Below are positions 8,400-17,900 of a stretch of 64,000 nt of DNA, in pieces. Every line of letters begins with the position of its first letter. Positions within the stretch are counted from its first letter, which is position 1. Source of the stretch: Patescibacteria group bacterium (GTDB lineage: Bacteria; Patescibacteriota; Patescibacteriia; UBA2591; UBA6264); assembly GCA_021735685.1 (NCBI GenBank), contig JAIPGN010000004.1, forward strand, positions 959-64,958, written 5' to 3'. The position numbers were made by a program, and so were the translations under genes. Below the pieces are notes generated by a model that saw only the letters and a list, made by a program, of their open reading frames with translations, searched no databases and was not told where the DNA came from.

Positions 8400-9323
8400 A
8401 TGAATTCATTTGAAAATAAACAAAAAGATTCGTCAGAGAAAAAAGAGAAAATTTCTCAAACAGAAAGCAGGGAAGGGCTGATTGATTCTGCTCGTCAAAA
8501 AACCGAAAAACTGATTAAGGAATTGGAGAATAAGGTTTTTTCAGATTTTTTAGAAAAGAAAAGTCAGATTTCTTTTGAAGACTTGACTGATCAAATTTTA
8601 GAAACTGTTAATTTTATCCAAAGAACTAAAATTGGTTTAACTGGCGAAAAGGCAGAGAAAGAAATAGAGAGAGAAGAAGAAAAGGAAAATTCTCAAAAAA
8701 TTATTCTTTCTATTTTTCGGCACGACATTGGCAACAAATTAGCGGCCTTGTTCTCGGCAGTTAATCTTCTTAGGCTAGGAGACAAAGAATATGATCAAAA
8801 ATTCATTTTTCAAGATATGAGAAGTCAAATTCAGCAAATAAGAAATCTTTTGAATGAAGTGGAAAAATTAGAAAAAAGCATAGCTTCCGGAGAATTTATT
8901 CTCCAAGATGTTGAAAAGGTGTCTAAAGATATTCAGGAAGCTTACGATGATTTAAAAATTGAAATTAATCAAGAGCGTTATAAGAGAAGTTTAATTAAAA
9001 CGAATTTTTCTTTTTACTTAATTTTAGATAATATTGTGGCTAATGCAATTCGTCACGGTAAGGCCTCAGAAATAGATATTAAAATTAAAGAAGAGGAGGA
9101 TTTTATTTTGGTGGAGATAGAAAATAATGGCACTAAACTAAAAGAGGGGATTGCGGAAAAAATATTTGAAAAAGGCTTTAAAGACGAAAAAACTGGTAAT
9201 AGTGGTTTAGGTTTAACCTTAGTGCGAGAAAATATTGAAAAAAATCAGGGAAAGATTTGGGCAGAAAATACAGAAAAGGGAGTGAAGTTTATTATTAAAT
9301 TTCCTTTATTAGAGAGAGCTTAA
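8400..9323 (+). CDS. Soluble orphan histidine kinase (HisKA + HATPase)
   Basis: H-box FRHDIGN, N-box DNIVANAIRHG, F-box IFEKGF, G2 GNSGLGL. ATG at 8400 preferred over the track's start, which overlaps DUF1015. Confidence 0.8.
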   Translation: MNSFENKQKDSSEKKEKISQTESREGLIDSARQKTEKLIKELENKVFSDFLEKKSQISFEDLTDQILETVNFIQRTKIGLTGEKAEKEIEREEEKENSQKIILSIFRHDIGNKLAALFSAVNLLRLGDKEYDQKFIFQDMRSQIQQIRNLLNEVEKLEKSIASGEFILQDVEKVSKDIQEAYDDLKIEINQERYKRSLIKTNFSFYLILDNIVANAIRHGKASEIDIKIKEEEDFILVEIENNGTKLKEGIAEKIFEKGFKDEKTGNSGLGLTLVRENIEKNQGKIWAENTEKGVKFIIKFPLLERA

Positions 9324-9328
9324 AAATT

Positions 9329-9699
9329 AGGGGACAGTCCCCGTATTTTCCTCTTTCAAACCCCGCTTTCCAAGCGACTTTCCAGCTCATTTTTTCAATT
9401 TGGCGAAAAAATGGGCTTTTTGCTTTTTTAGTTATTTTTCTTTGGGAGCAGGGAAACAGCAGACAGAGAAGAAGCAATCTTCCAAAGAGCCAAGACTTTG
9501 TTTCGCCCCTTTCAGGCAAGGGCTCCCTGCCTGTCGGCAGGCAGGGCAATGACAGCAAAAAATTTGCCGGGCTACTGAAATTAGTAGGGGAGGGCTGAAC
9601 GTTTAAAAATAAGCTGATTTTTCGCCATTTTGGATTTTTGCTCTTGTTTTCTGCTTGGAGAGCTGGTTTTGAGAGCTTGCTTGAGGGGGACTGTCCCCT
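9329..9699. mobile_element. Non-autonomous fold-back element (MITE/REPIN-like), copy 1
   Basis: Ends AGGGGACAGTCCCC / GGGGACTGTCCCCT; internal inverted arms (TGGCGAAAAA/TTTTTCGCCA); homologous to 11653-12005. Confidence 0.75.
9524..9547. repeat. CCCTGCCTGTCGGCAGGCAGGG palindrome inserted into element copy 1
   Basis: Absent from copy 2; AGGGC is repeated at 9519-9523 and 9543-9547. Confidence 0.75.
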
Positions 9700-9826
9700 T
9701 AATTAAAAGAGTAGACTAGAATAAGGAAAATTAAACAAATACAATAGATGCATAAAAACATAGTTTGAATCTGTGTTTTTTTGCTTTTTACATCTTATTT
9801 AGGTTTGCCCTCGACATTTTTTTAGG

Positions 9827-9896
9827 TTGACAAAGGAGCTAGAATTTGCTATTCTAGAGCTATAAGTTCTTTAAAAAAAGAAAAAAAGAAAGGAGG
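9827..9896 (+). promoter_or_regulatory. Promoter + boxA-like motif + strong SD
   Basis: TTGACA-17-TATTCT (extended TG), GTTCTTTAAAAA at 9866, AGGAGG at 9891. Confidence 0.75.
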
Positions 9897-9901
9897 ATAA
9901 A

Positions 9902-10531
9902 ATGAAAAATATATTTTTCATTTTACTCGTAGTATTTTTTGTCTTTGCTTCCGCTGTGGAAGTAGAGGCAGAAAATGTTTTTTCTTCTGAGGTCGTTTAC
10001 GGCCCAGAAGAAATCCAGGGATCCCTCTCTTGGGATTACTTGGGGGCGGGGTGGCTTGCCCACTTAGGAGCCAAAACCGAGGGAGAACTATCCCTTGGTT
10101 TGGGGATTAATCTCCCAGAACTTGAATTTTTTGATTACAATAGCTTTGAGGCTATTATGGTCAATTTTCAAGCCGCCGGAGGCCTCGTCTTTGTAAAAGA
10201 CGGGGTAGCAGAAGATTACTTTTTTATCTACCCAGTCGTTCAGATAAGCGACTGGGAGGAAAGAATTTTTTTCCGAAGCGAGCAAGTGGCTCGCTTTACT
10301 AAAGAAAGTTTTGGTTGATGGGATACCACTAACCAAGTTTTCTTTAATCATGAGGATCATTCTTTTGGATTGTTTTGTCAGACTCATCATAACGGCAAGT
10401 TTTCATTTTCTTTTTTTGGGCCCCTTTATAAGAACAGGGTGTCTAAAAAAATTACGATCGAGGTCTTTCTCGGTATTAATCCCGAGAAAGAAAAAATGGG
10501 GGGAGCGAGATTTAATCTCGTTGTTCCTTAG
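9902..10531 (+). pseudogene. Secreted beta-strand-rich (beta-barrel-like) protein with one in-frame TGA (10316-10318); pseudogene or readthrough
   Basis: Signal peptide ending VEA. The same frame continues WDTTNQVFFNHEDHSFGLFCQTHHNGKFSFSFFGPLYKNRVSKKITIEVFLGINPEKEKMGGARFNLVVP to TAG at 10531, just before a terminator. Confidence 0.7.
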
Positions 10532-10549
10532 AACTTAGAAAATCATTTT

Positions 10550-10584
10550 TTAGCTCAGGAAAAATTTCCTGAGCTAATTTTTTT
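10550..10584 (+). terminator. Intrinsic terminator
   Basis: TTAGCTCAGGAAA-AA-TTTCCTGAGCTAA followed by TTTTTTT. Confidence 0.85.
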
Positions 10585-10689
10585 GCTTTTGTGTTTTTAT
10601 TCTGTCAATAATTTATGACAATAAAGAATATGTAAAACCCCTTAAAATAAAGATAAAACTATATTAAATAATAATACTTACAATAGCCC

Positions 10690-10757
10690 TTGACAAAAAC
10701 TAATAATTCTGCTATATTTTTAATATCAATGTTCTTTGAAAAAAAATGTCAAGGAGG
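10690..10757 (+). promoter_or_regulatory. Promoter + boxA-like motif + strong SD
   Basis: TTGACA-17-TATATT (extended TG), TGTTCTTTGAAAA at 10730, AAGGAGG at 10751. Confidence 0.75.
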
Positions 10758-10765
10758 ACAAAAAA

Positions 10766-11629
10766 ATGAAAGAACGAACATTAAGAGATTTAGCCAAATC
10801 TCCCAAAATCGGAGATTTCTTGGCCAGAGAAAAAGAAATCAAGTCTTGGCCAGATTGCTGGTTTGATCCTAACGACCAATCAAAGATGAAAATCTTTACA
10901 AAAAAGGTAGAAACTGATTTACCGGCTTTTGTTCAAAAGATCAAAGAAAAAGGCAGTTTGTCTTTGGATGATATCAGGACAAACCGTGGTGAAGTTCAAG
11001 AAGAAATCAGGGAAGTAACTCAAGATTTAACCCTACTGAAGAAATATGTAGGAATGTCTTATTTCTTTCTGAAAAACAAAATTCCTTTCCCAACAATGTT
11101 ACACAAAGACAAAAAGGAGTCGGGATTGGTGTTTAGCTTTTCTTTAGAGGGCCAGTTTTATAACTGGGACGAAGAAATTGCTTTACTTCACCCTTTTATC
11201 CTTTCTACATGGAAAGGTCCAATAGATTGGCCTTGGGCGGCAAAATGTCGTTGGTTGCAAGGCGTTGGAGATTGGTTATTGATCATTGATCGTTATCTAG
11301 AAAAAGAAAAACAAGGAAATTCTTTCAAGAAAAAACTCCTTTCTTTATTGGGAGTTGATCAAAAAGTTAGAGAAATTATGGACAGAGCTAAGATGAATTT
11401 GGCGGAATTGAAAGCAGTCTTAGGCATCAATGATTTCTTCAAAAATGCTTCTCTGATCGAAAGAATTTGGGCTTCGGTAAGTGGTTCTGATTCTTCTAAA
11501 GTCAGCTTTAACGACAAAGCTCTGTGCGTAATTAAATATTACGGCGGAGCCAGTGATGAAAGAGGATGGGATGTACGCGTGGATCGTTCCACTCTCCATC
11601 TTTTCTATAATTTAAGGGGTTGCCAATAA
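10766..11629 (+). CDS. Hypothetical soluble protein (287 aa)
   Basis: Long ORF; the SD places the start at ATG 10766; no recognised motif. Confidence 0.75.
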   Translation: MKERTLRDLAKSPKIGDFLAREKEIKSWPDCWFDPNDQSKMKIFTKKVETDLPAFVQKIKEKGSLSLDDIRTNRGEVQEEIREVTQDLTLLKKYVGMSYFFLKNKIPFPTMLHKDKKESGLVFSFSLEGQFYNWDEEIALLHPFILSTWKGPIDWPWAAKCRWLQGVGDWLLIIDRYLEKEKQGNSFKKKLLSLLGVDQKVREIMDRAKMNLAELKAVLGINDFFKNASLIERIWASVSGSDSSKVSFNDKALCVIKYYGGASDERGWDVRVDRSTLHLFYNLRGCQ

Positions 11630-11652
11630 TTTTTTATTAATTAAACAATTAA

Positions 11653-12005
11653 ATCCAAGGGGACAGTCCCCGTATTTTTCCCTTTCAAGATTCGCTTTCC
11701 AAGCGACTTTCCAATCCATTTTTTCAATTTGGCGAAAAAATGGGTTTTTTGTTTTTTTGAGTTATTTTTTTTGATAGCAAGGAAACAGCAGAAAGGAAAG
11801 AAGTAATCTTGCAAAGAGCCGAGATTGCTTTGCCCTTATCAGGCAAGGGCAAAGATAGTAATAAATTTACTAAGCCACGGGAATTATTTAAAGGAATGAA
11901 TATTCGAAAACAAGCTGTTTTTTCGCCATTTTGGATTTTTGCTCTTGTTTTCTGCTTGGAGAGCGGGTTTTGAGAGCTTGCTTGAGGGGGACTGTCCCCT
12001 TGGAT
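11653..12005. mobile_element. Non-autonomous fold-back element (MITE/REPIN-like), copy 2
   Basis: Perfect 19-bp terminal inverted repeat ATCCAAGGGGACAGTCCCC / GGGGACTGTCCCCTTGGAT; last ~80 bp differ from copy 1 at one base. Confidence 0.78.
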
Positions 12006-12050
12006 AAGAAAGTTTTACTTTTGTTGATAATTTAGTATATTAAAGGAGAT

Positions 12051-12416
12051 ATGTTTAGTTTTAAAAATTTGCAAAAAAGTTTCCAGTCGGCCTTTAAAGG
12101 ATTATCAATTGCTTTTAAGGAGGAACAAACCTTTAGGATCCAGGCCAGTATTGGTTTGGTGGTTTTATTTTTAACCTTTTTTTTGGCTTTAAGAAGTTGG
12201 GAAAAGGTAGTTTTGATTTTATTGATTATTTCAGTTCTAGGTCTAGAATTAATTAATTCTCAGATTGAGAGGATTTTGGACTTTACTCATTTAGGCTTTC
12301 ACCCTAAAATTAAAAGAATTAAGGACCTTTCTGCAGCTGCAGTTTTGGTGGTTTCTTTGGGGGCAGCCTTAGGCGGAGTTTTTATTTTATTGCCTCCTTT
12401 GTTGGCTCTTTTTTAA
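12051..12416 (+). CDS. dgkA: Diacylglycerol/undecaprenol kinase
   Basis: SFQSAFKGL, ELINSQIERILD, KRIKDLSAAAVL. Confidence 0.9.
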   Translation: MFSFKNLQKSFQSAFKGLSIAFKEEQTFRIQASIGLVVLFLTFFLALRSWEKVVLILLIISVLGLELINSQIERILDFTHLGFHPKIKRIKDLSAAAVLVVSLGAALGGVFILLPPLLALF

Positions 12417-12507
12417 AAAATTACTCTTTCCTTTTTTTCTCTGCTAATAAGCAGAGATTTTTGTTTACAATTTATTTTTTTTTGGTAAAATAAAGAAAAG
12501 TAAGTTT

Positions 12508-13302
12508 ATGAAAAAACCAAAGATTATTACAATTTGTAATCGTAAAGGAGGTACTGGCAAGACTAGTGTGGCCATTAACTTGGCCGCTTATTTATCTCGT
12601 CTAGGGCACAAGGTTTTATTAATTGATTTAGATCCTCAGTCTAATGCTACTTCGGGCTTAGGCGTTGACAATCGACGTTCTGGTATTTACGAAGTTTTGA
12701 GTGGAGATGCCTCTTTTCAAGAGATAATAATGGCTGCTCGAGGTAATCTTTGGCTAGCCCCAGCCAGCGAAAATTTAGCTGGAGCAGAAGTAGAGATTGT
12801 GGGACGGGAGAATCGGGAATCAATTTTAAGAAAATCTATTAATTCTTTTATTGAAAAACAAGAAATAGATATTGATTTTATTTTAATTGACACCGCTCCT
12901 TCTTTAAGTTTGATTACTATCAACAGCTTGGTGGCCGCTGATCAGATTTTGATTCCCGTGCAAACTGAGTATTTTGCTTTAGAGGGTTTAACTCAGCTTT
13001 GCAAAACTATTGATTTGGTTAAAGAGGGCCTTCAGCCAAATTTAAGTATTTTAGGGGCAGTTTTAACTATGTATGATGGTCGCAATAAACTTTCTTCAGA
13101 AATTTGGCAAGAGCTGTATCGTCATTTTCCTTATTACATCTTTCGTACTGTAATTCCTCGTAATGTTCGTTTGGCTGAAGCTCCTAGTTATGGGCAAAGC
13201 GTTTTAGAATACGCTCCTCGTTCCCGAGGAGCTAAAGCCTTTCATCGTTTAGCTAAAGAATTTTTAGCCCTTAGTCTTAATAATAAGATTAATCATGCCT
13301 AA
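12508..13302 (+). CDS. parA: ParA/Soj ATPase
   Basis: NRKGGTGKT, IDLDPQSN, IPVQTEYFALEG, PRNVRLAEAPSYG. Confidence 0.95.
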   Translation: MKKPKIITICNRKGGTGKTSVAINLAAYLSRLGHKVLLIDLDPQSNATSGLGVDNRRSGIYEVLSGDASFQEIIMAARGNLWLAPASENLAGAEVEIVGRENRESILRKSINSFIEKQEIDIDFILIDTAPSLSLITINSLVAADQILIPVQTEYFALEGLTQLCKTIDLVKEGLQPNLSILGAVLTMYDGRNKLSSEIWQELYRHFPYYIFRTVIPRNVRLAEAPSYGQSVLEYAPRSRGAKAFHRLAKEFLALSLNNKINHA

Positions 13303-13729
13303 GTATTTAATTTCCTTTTTTGTTTTAGTTTTGATTCTTGTTGTTTTTTGGTTTGGCGTGGTCAAAAAAGAAAAAGAAATAGTTCGTTTTCAGAATTATT
13401 ATTTTGAAGTAGAGTTGGCTCAAAATTATTGGCAAAGGGCGAAGGGACTGATGTTTAAAAAAGATATGGAAGAAAATCAAGGAATGCTTTTTGTTTTTCC
13501 CAAATCCGGATTATATAATTTTTGGATGAAAAATGTAAAATTTCCCTTGGATCTTATTTGGATTGATCAAGAGAAAAAAATTGTGGATTTAAAATTACAA
13601 CAACAACCTTGTTTAAGTAATCCTTGCTCAGCTATTAAACCGAAGGCTAAGGCACGATATGTTTTAGAGCTCAAAGGAGGAATGGCTAGTAAGACGGGGA
13701 TGACCGTTGGTTCTCAGCTAGAATTTTAA
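13295..13729 (+). CDS. DUF192 domain protein
   Basis: RAKGLMF, GMLFVF, FWMKNVKFPLDLIWI, YVLELKGG. Confidence 0.9.
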   Translation: MPKYLISFFVLVLILVVFWFGVVKKEKEIVRFQNYYFEVELAQNYWQRAKGLMFKKDMEENQGMLFVFPKSGLYNFWMKNVKFPLDLIWIDQEKKIVDLKLQQQPCLSNPCSAIKPKAKARYVLELKGGMASKTGMTVGSQLEF

Positions 13730-13793
13730 AATTAGCTTTTAGGTAAAAAAATGTTATAATAAAAGATAGAAAAAAATAAATTAAAATAAATTT

Positions 13794-14648
13794 ATGTCTT
13801 TAGGTAGGGGATTAGAGTCTTTAATTCCAGTTTCAAGTATTAAGAAAGTTAGCGATCAGGGTTTAAGTCAAACCAAAGAAGAGGTTTGTGATGTTTTGGT
13901 TAATCAAATTGAGGCCAATCCTGATCAACCCCGTAAAAGCTTTCAAAGAACTAATATGGAAGAGTTGATTAATTCCATTCAAGCGCATGGCATTATCCAG
14001 CCTTTAATTCTAAGTAAAAAAGAAGGAGGTAAGTATGAAATTATTGCCGGAGAAAGACGTTGGCGCTCTGCTAAAATTTTAAATTTAAAAACAGTTCCAG
14101 CTTTAATTCGTCCCATTGATTATAATAAAAAATTGGAAATATCTTTGATTGAAAACATTCAAAGAAAAGACCTTAATGCTATGGAAAAGGCAAAGGCTTA
14201 TCAAAGATTAATGGATGAGTTTAATTTAACTCAAGAAAAAATATCGGAAAGGTTGGGCTTGGCTCGAGCTACAGTAGCCAATGCCTTGCGTTTATTAAGA
14301 TTGCCTCAAATAATTCAAGAAGCCATTGAACAGGAAAAGATTAGTGAGGGTCATGCTAAAATTCTTTGTTCTTTTGATAGCGCAGAGAAGCAAAAAGCTT
14401 TTCTTAAGAGAATATTGGGATTAGGTTTAACGGTGCGCGAAACTGATCAGATGGCTAAAGCAAAGAAATTTAAAAAAAAGAAGATAATGCTCAATCCAGA
14501 ATTAGAGGAGAGAGAAAAGAAGTTGTCGCAATTTTTAGGCACTAAAGTTAAAATAAAAAAGAGTCAATCTAAAATTAAAGTATTAATAGAGGTTTACAAA
14601 TTAGAGGATTTAGATATAATAATTAAAAAGATAAAAGCAGATAATTAA
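13794..14648 (+). CDS. parB: ParB/Spo0J
   Basis: LGRGL, NPDQPRK, IAGERRWR, IENIQRKDL, HTH. Confidence 0.95.
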   Translation: MSLGRGLESLIPVSSIKKVSDQGLSQTKEEVCDVLVNQIEANPDQPRKSFQRTNMEELINSIQAHGIIQPLILSKKEGGKYEIIAGERRWRSAKILNLKTVPALIRPIDYNKKLEISLIENIQRKDLNAMEKAKAYQRLMDEFNLTQEKISERLGLARATVANALRLLRLPQIIQEAIEQEKISEGHAKILCSFDSAEKQKAFLKRILGLGLTVRETDQMAKAKKFKKKKIMLNPELEEREKKLSQFLGTKVKIKKSQSKIKVLIEVYKLEDLDIIIKKIKADN

Positions 14649-14671
14649 GTTAAATTTGAGATTTATAGTTT

Positions 14672-14890
14672 ATGGCTATTGAAGTTAAAAGAAAACAAAA
14701 AGAAGCGTTAAATGTTTTTTTGCGTCGTTTTTCAGAAAGAGTAAAGCGTAGCGGAATTATTAATGATTTTAAAAAGTCAAAATTTTATCTTAAGCCTAAA
14801 AGCAAAAATTTAAAAAGAAAAAGCGCTTTAGAAAGAAAAAAGAAATCTGAAAAAATGAAATTTTTGAAAAAGGTGGGTAAAGCGAAATAA
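14672..14890 (+). CDS. rpsU: 30S ribosomal protein S21 (divergent)
   Basis: IEVKRK..E.LN.FLRRF...VKRSG...FY.KP; highly basic. Confidence 0.8.
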   Translation: MAIEVKRKQKEALNVFLRRFSERVKRSGIINDFKKSKFYLKPKSKNLKRKSALERKKKSEKMKFLKKVGKAK

Positions 14891-14907
14891 AAAATTTATC
14901 AAAAAAT

Positions 14908-17900
14908 ATGTTTTTTTCAAAAAATAAAATCAGTTTAATTGTTTTTCTGATTATTTTGCCTATATTTTTTTTATTTATCCTTGCTCCGCTTTCAGCGCAA
15001 GATTTGGGTTCAGGAATAGTAGAAGAAGCGGGAAGTAGTGCCGGTTTAGGAGAAGGTAGTTTGCCAATTGTTTTAGGAAAAATTTTTAAAATAGTTTTAA
15101 GTGTTTTGGGTTTAGTTGCTTTAATTCTTGCTATTGTTGCTGGAGTTCAATGGATGACCTCTGGTGGTAATTCTGAAAAAATAAAAAAAGCGAAAGCCCT
15201 TTTGTCAGCAGCCTTAATTGGTCTGCTGATTATTATTTTAGCTTATGCTTTGGTTAGTTTTATAGTTAATAAATTAACTGGAGTTAGCGGGGGGGGAGGA
15301 GGATGTACGCCAGGCTCGTGTTGTGCAGATGGATTGCGATGCGATGAGAATGGTCAATGCACAATTGCTGATCTTGCCTGTAGCACCACTTTCCCTTCTG
15401 AGAATTTTCTTTTGTCTCGTGGTGAAGCTAATTTTGACGCAAACAATCAAGTTTATTTATGTAGTAATATTAGGGCTGTTTTTAATCATAATATAAAATC
15501 TAATACAGTTAGTGCTGCCCTTAATGCCGATGCTTTGAAGGTGGTGGACACAGATGATAATGACACAGTAGAAGGAGAATGGCAGGTGGCGGGTAAATTT
15601 ATTACTTTTACACCTGATGAATTTTGGGAAGAAAACACGAGTTATGAAATGGTGATTCCTTTAACGATTAGTGACAGCAATAATAAATATTTAAGTGGTT
15701 GTTCGGCCGGTTTTTTGCCTAATGGCAATTGCGCGAGTTTAGCTTCGCAAGTAAAATGGTCTTTCTTGACTAATGATCAGCCTGATGATATTTCTCCCTT
15801 TATTAAGAATTCTTATCCAGTTAAAGATTTAACTACTCCTGATCGTAATGTTTCGCGAGCGCCAGTTTTAGAAATTATTTTTAATGAAAATATAGATTAC
15901 ACGACTATTATTGACACAAATCATGTAGATTATGACGCAGATGATCAAAGCACTTGGCATCCAATAGCAGGTAATTTTCAATTATGCAAAATAGCGAATC
16001 AGAGTACTGAATGTGTTGTTGGGAATGAATACAATAACGATAATCTCAAAGTTTCTTTAACTTCACAGGGTTTTCGCATTTCTTTACTGAATGCTCAATG
16101 GCTAGAGGCTTTTGGGTGGTACGAAATTAAAGTGGATGGGATTGAAGATATGTGTGGCAATGTTATGGAACAATCCGAGGCTTGGACTTTCCAGGCCAAT
16201 GATAGTGTGCCCGGAGTGCAAGAGTGGTGGCCGCAAGGCAATAATGTTTGTCCAGACGCGCCCATTGGTTTACGTTTCGGAACCAGTATGTATGAACAGG
16301 AGGTGTCGGTGGAAGTAATTAATACTGTAACCAATGCTATTGAATTTGCGGGATCCATAAAACCTTCTAATTTTCCCGCTGGTGGTGATTACAGGTCAAA
16401 TTTAACCACTGGTAATGGTTCTTTGCTAGTAATGGATGATAATGATGATGAAATTTCTAATCAATTTAAAATATTTCAATTAGAGTTAAATTCGAATCTA
16501 ACTAATGATAGCGAATACACAATTGAGATTAATACCGACTTAATAATTGATGTTGATAACAATACCTTAGGTAAAGATTGGAGTTTTGAGGTTACTAATC
16601 TGCAAGATTGTGCTTGCGCTCCCATTATTTATCAAACTCTCCCAGCTCAGGGACCGCGAGGCTCTTGCGTCACTGTCACTGGCTATTGTTTTAATGGGAC
16701 GCTAGAGAGACCAGCAACAATTAATGGTTTTTGGTTTGACGATGGTGATAATCCAGATGGAGAAATATCTGCTGAAATCATGAGCTCAACTTCCAATTCT
16801 TTAACCACTGTAATTCCGGCGGATTTTGGAGAGCCAATTGATGATGTTCCTGATGAATTAAGCGAAAGAATTAAAATAGTTTATGAAGATAATGGCGAGG
16901 AAGTAAATATTCCTTCGGCTAATCAATTTACTGTTATTAGCAATCAGTTGGCTCAAGGTCCTTGTATCTGGCGCTTGGCTCCAAACCAAGGTAAGGTAAG
17001 TACTAATTTTGAAATAAAAGGCATTCGTTTAGGTTCAGAAGAAGGAAATAATTATGTAGGGATGAATTCTTGGGCTGATCATTTAAATATTGAGGGGGCT
17101 TGGACCAATGAAGAAATTGATCAAGTAGTGGTTCCAGCTTTCAGCACGGCTGGAGAAAGGGATGTGAAGGTAGCTGTTTTTAATGAGGCAGAGGGTAATT
17201 ATTTATTCAGCAATCCCGCTCCTTTTGATGTTATCTTTGATCAACCCGAGGTTAGAGAATTTGGTTGCAACCCGCCCCCTAATTATTCCTCTCCCAGTCC
17301 TTACAAAAATACGCAAGACGCTTGCACGGGTATTGATTTAATGGTGGAATTTACTAAAAACATGAAAGCATATGGAGCTAATGGTGTTTTGAATGTCGCT
17401 AATTACACCATTCGAAATTGTGGAAGCGAAGAGAATTATAACCCGGCAGATTGTAGCAGTATTTATTATTCTCCCACTAATGCTAATTTTTATGACAGTT
17501 CTCAAAATATAGTTCAACTTTCTTTAGCTTCTTCTTTATCCACTAATACTTGGTATCAGGTCAGCATTCAAGGCAATGTTCGCTCTCAAGAAGAAGTGGC
17601 TATGGGAGAAGATTATATTTGGCATTTCAAAACTCGAGACAATGATCTTTGTCCGGTAGCTCAAATAGATTTAACTCCTCAAAATAGTATGATTACTGGT
17701 TGTTCGGGGAGCCAACAATATACAGCTCAGCCCGTGGCCAGTAATTGTAATTTTTTAACGGCGAGTAATTATACTTATTCTTGGCTTTCTTCTCAAACAG
17801 AAGTAGCTACTGTTGGATCTGGCCAAAATTATCAAAATACAGCTCAAGCCATTGGTGGTGGTTATGCTTGGATTAAAGTCACAGAAGATGATTCTCAAAA

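Noticed and set aside
9295-9558. 87-aa minus-strand ORF
   Set aside because: It lies in the fold-back element, and LPCLPTGR is simply the translated palindrome.
10316-10318. Genome-wide TGA=Gly recoding (code 25) or selenocysteine
   Set aside because: TGA terminates conserved genes here (gltX, truB, xseA), other long genes have no internal TGA, and there is no redox-motif context or obvious SECIS.
10311-10538. 75-aa ORF (and antisense 10088-10390) as separate genes
   Set aside because: No SD; better explained as shadows of the in-frame continuation of 9902.
12420-14670. parS site near parAB
   Set aside because: No TGTTTCACGTGAAACA-like palindrome seen by eye.
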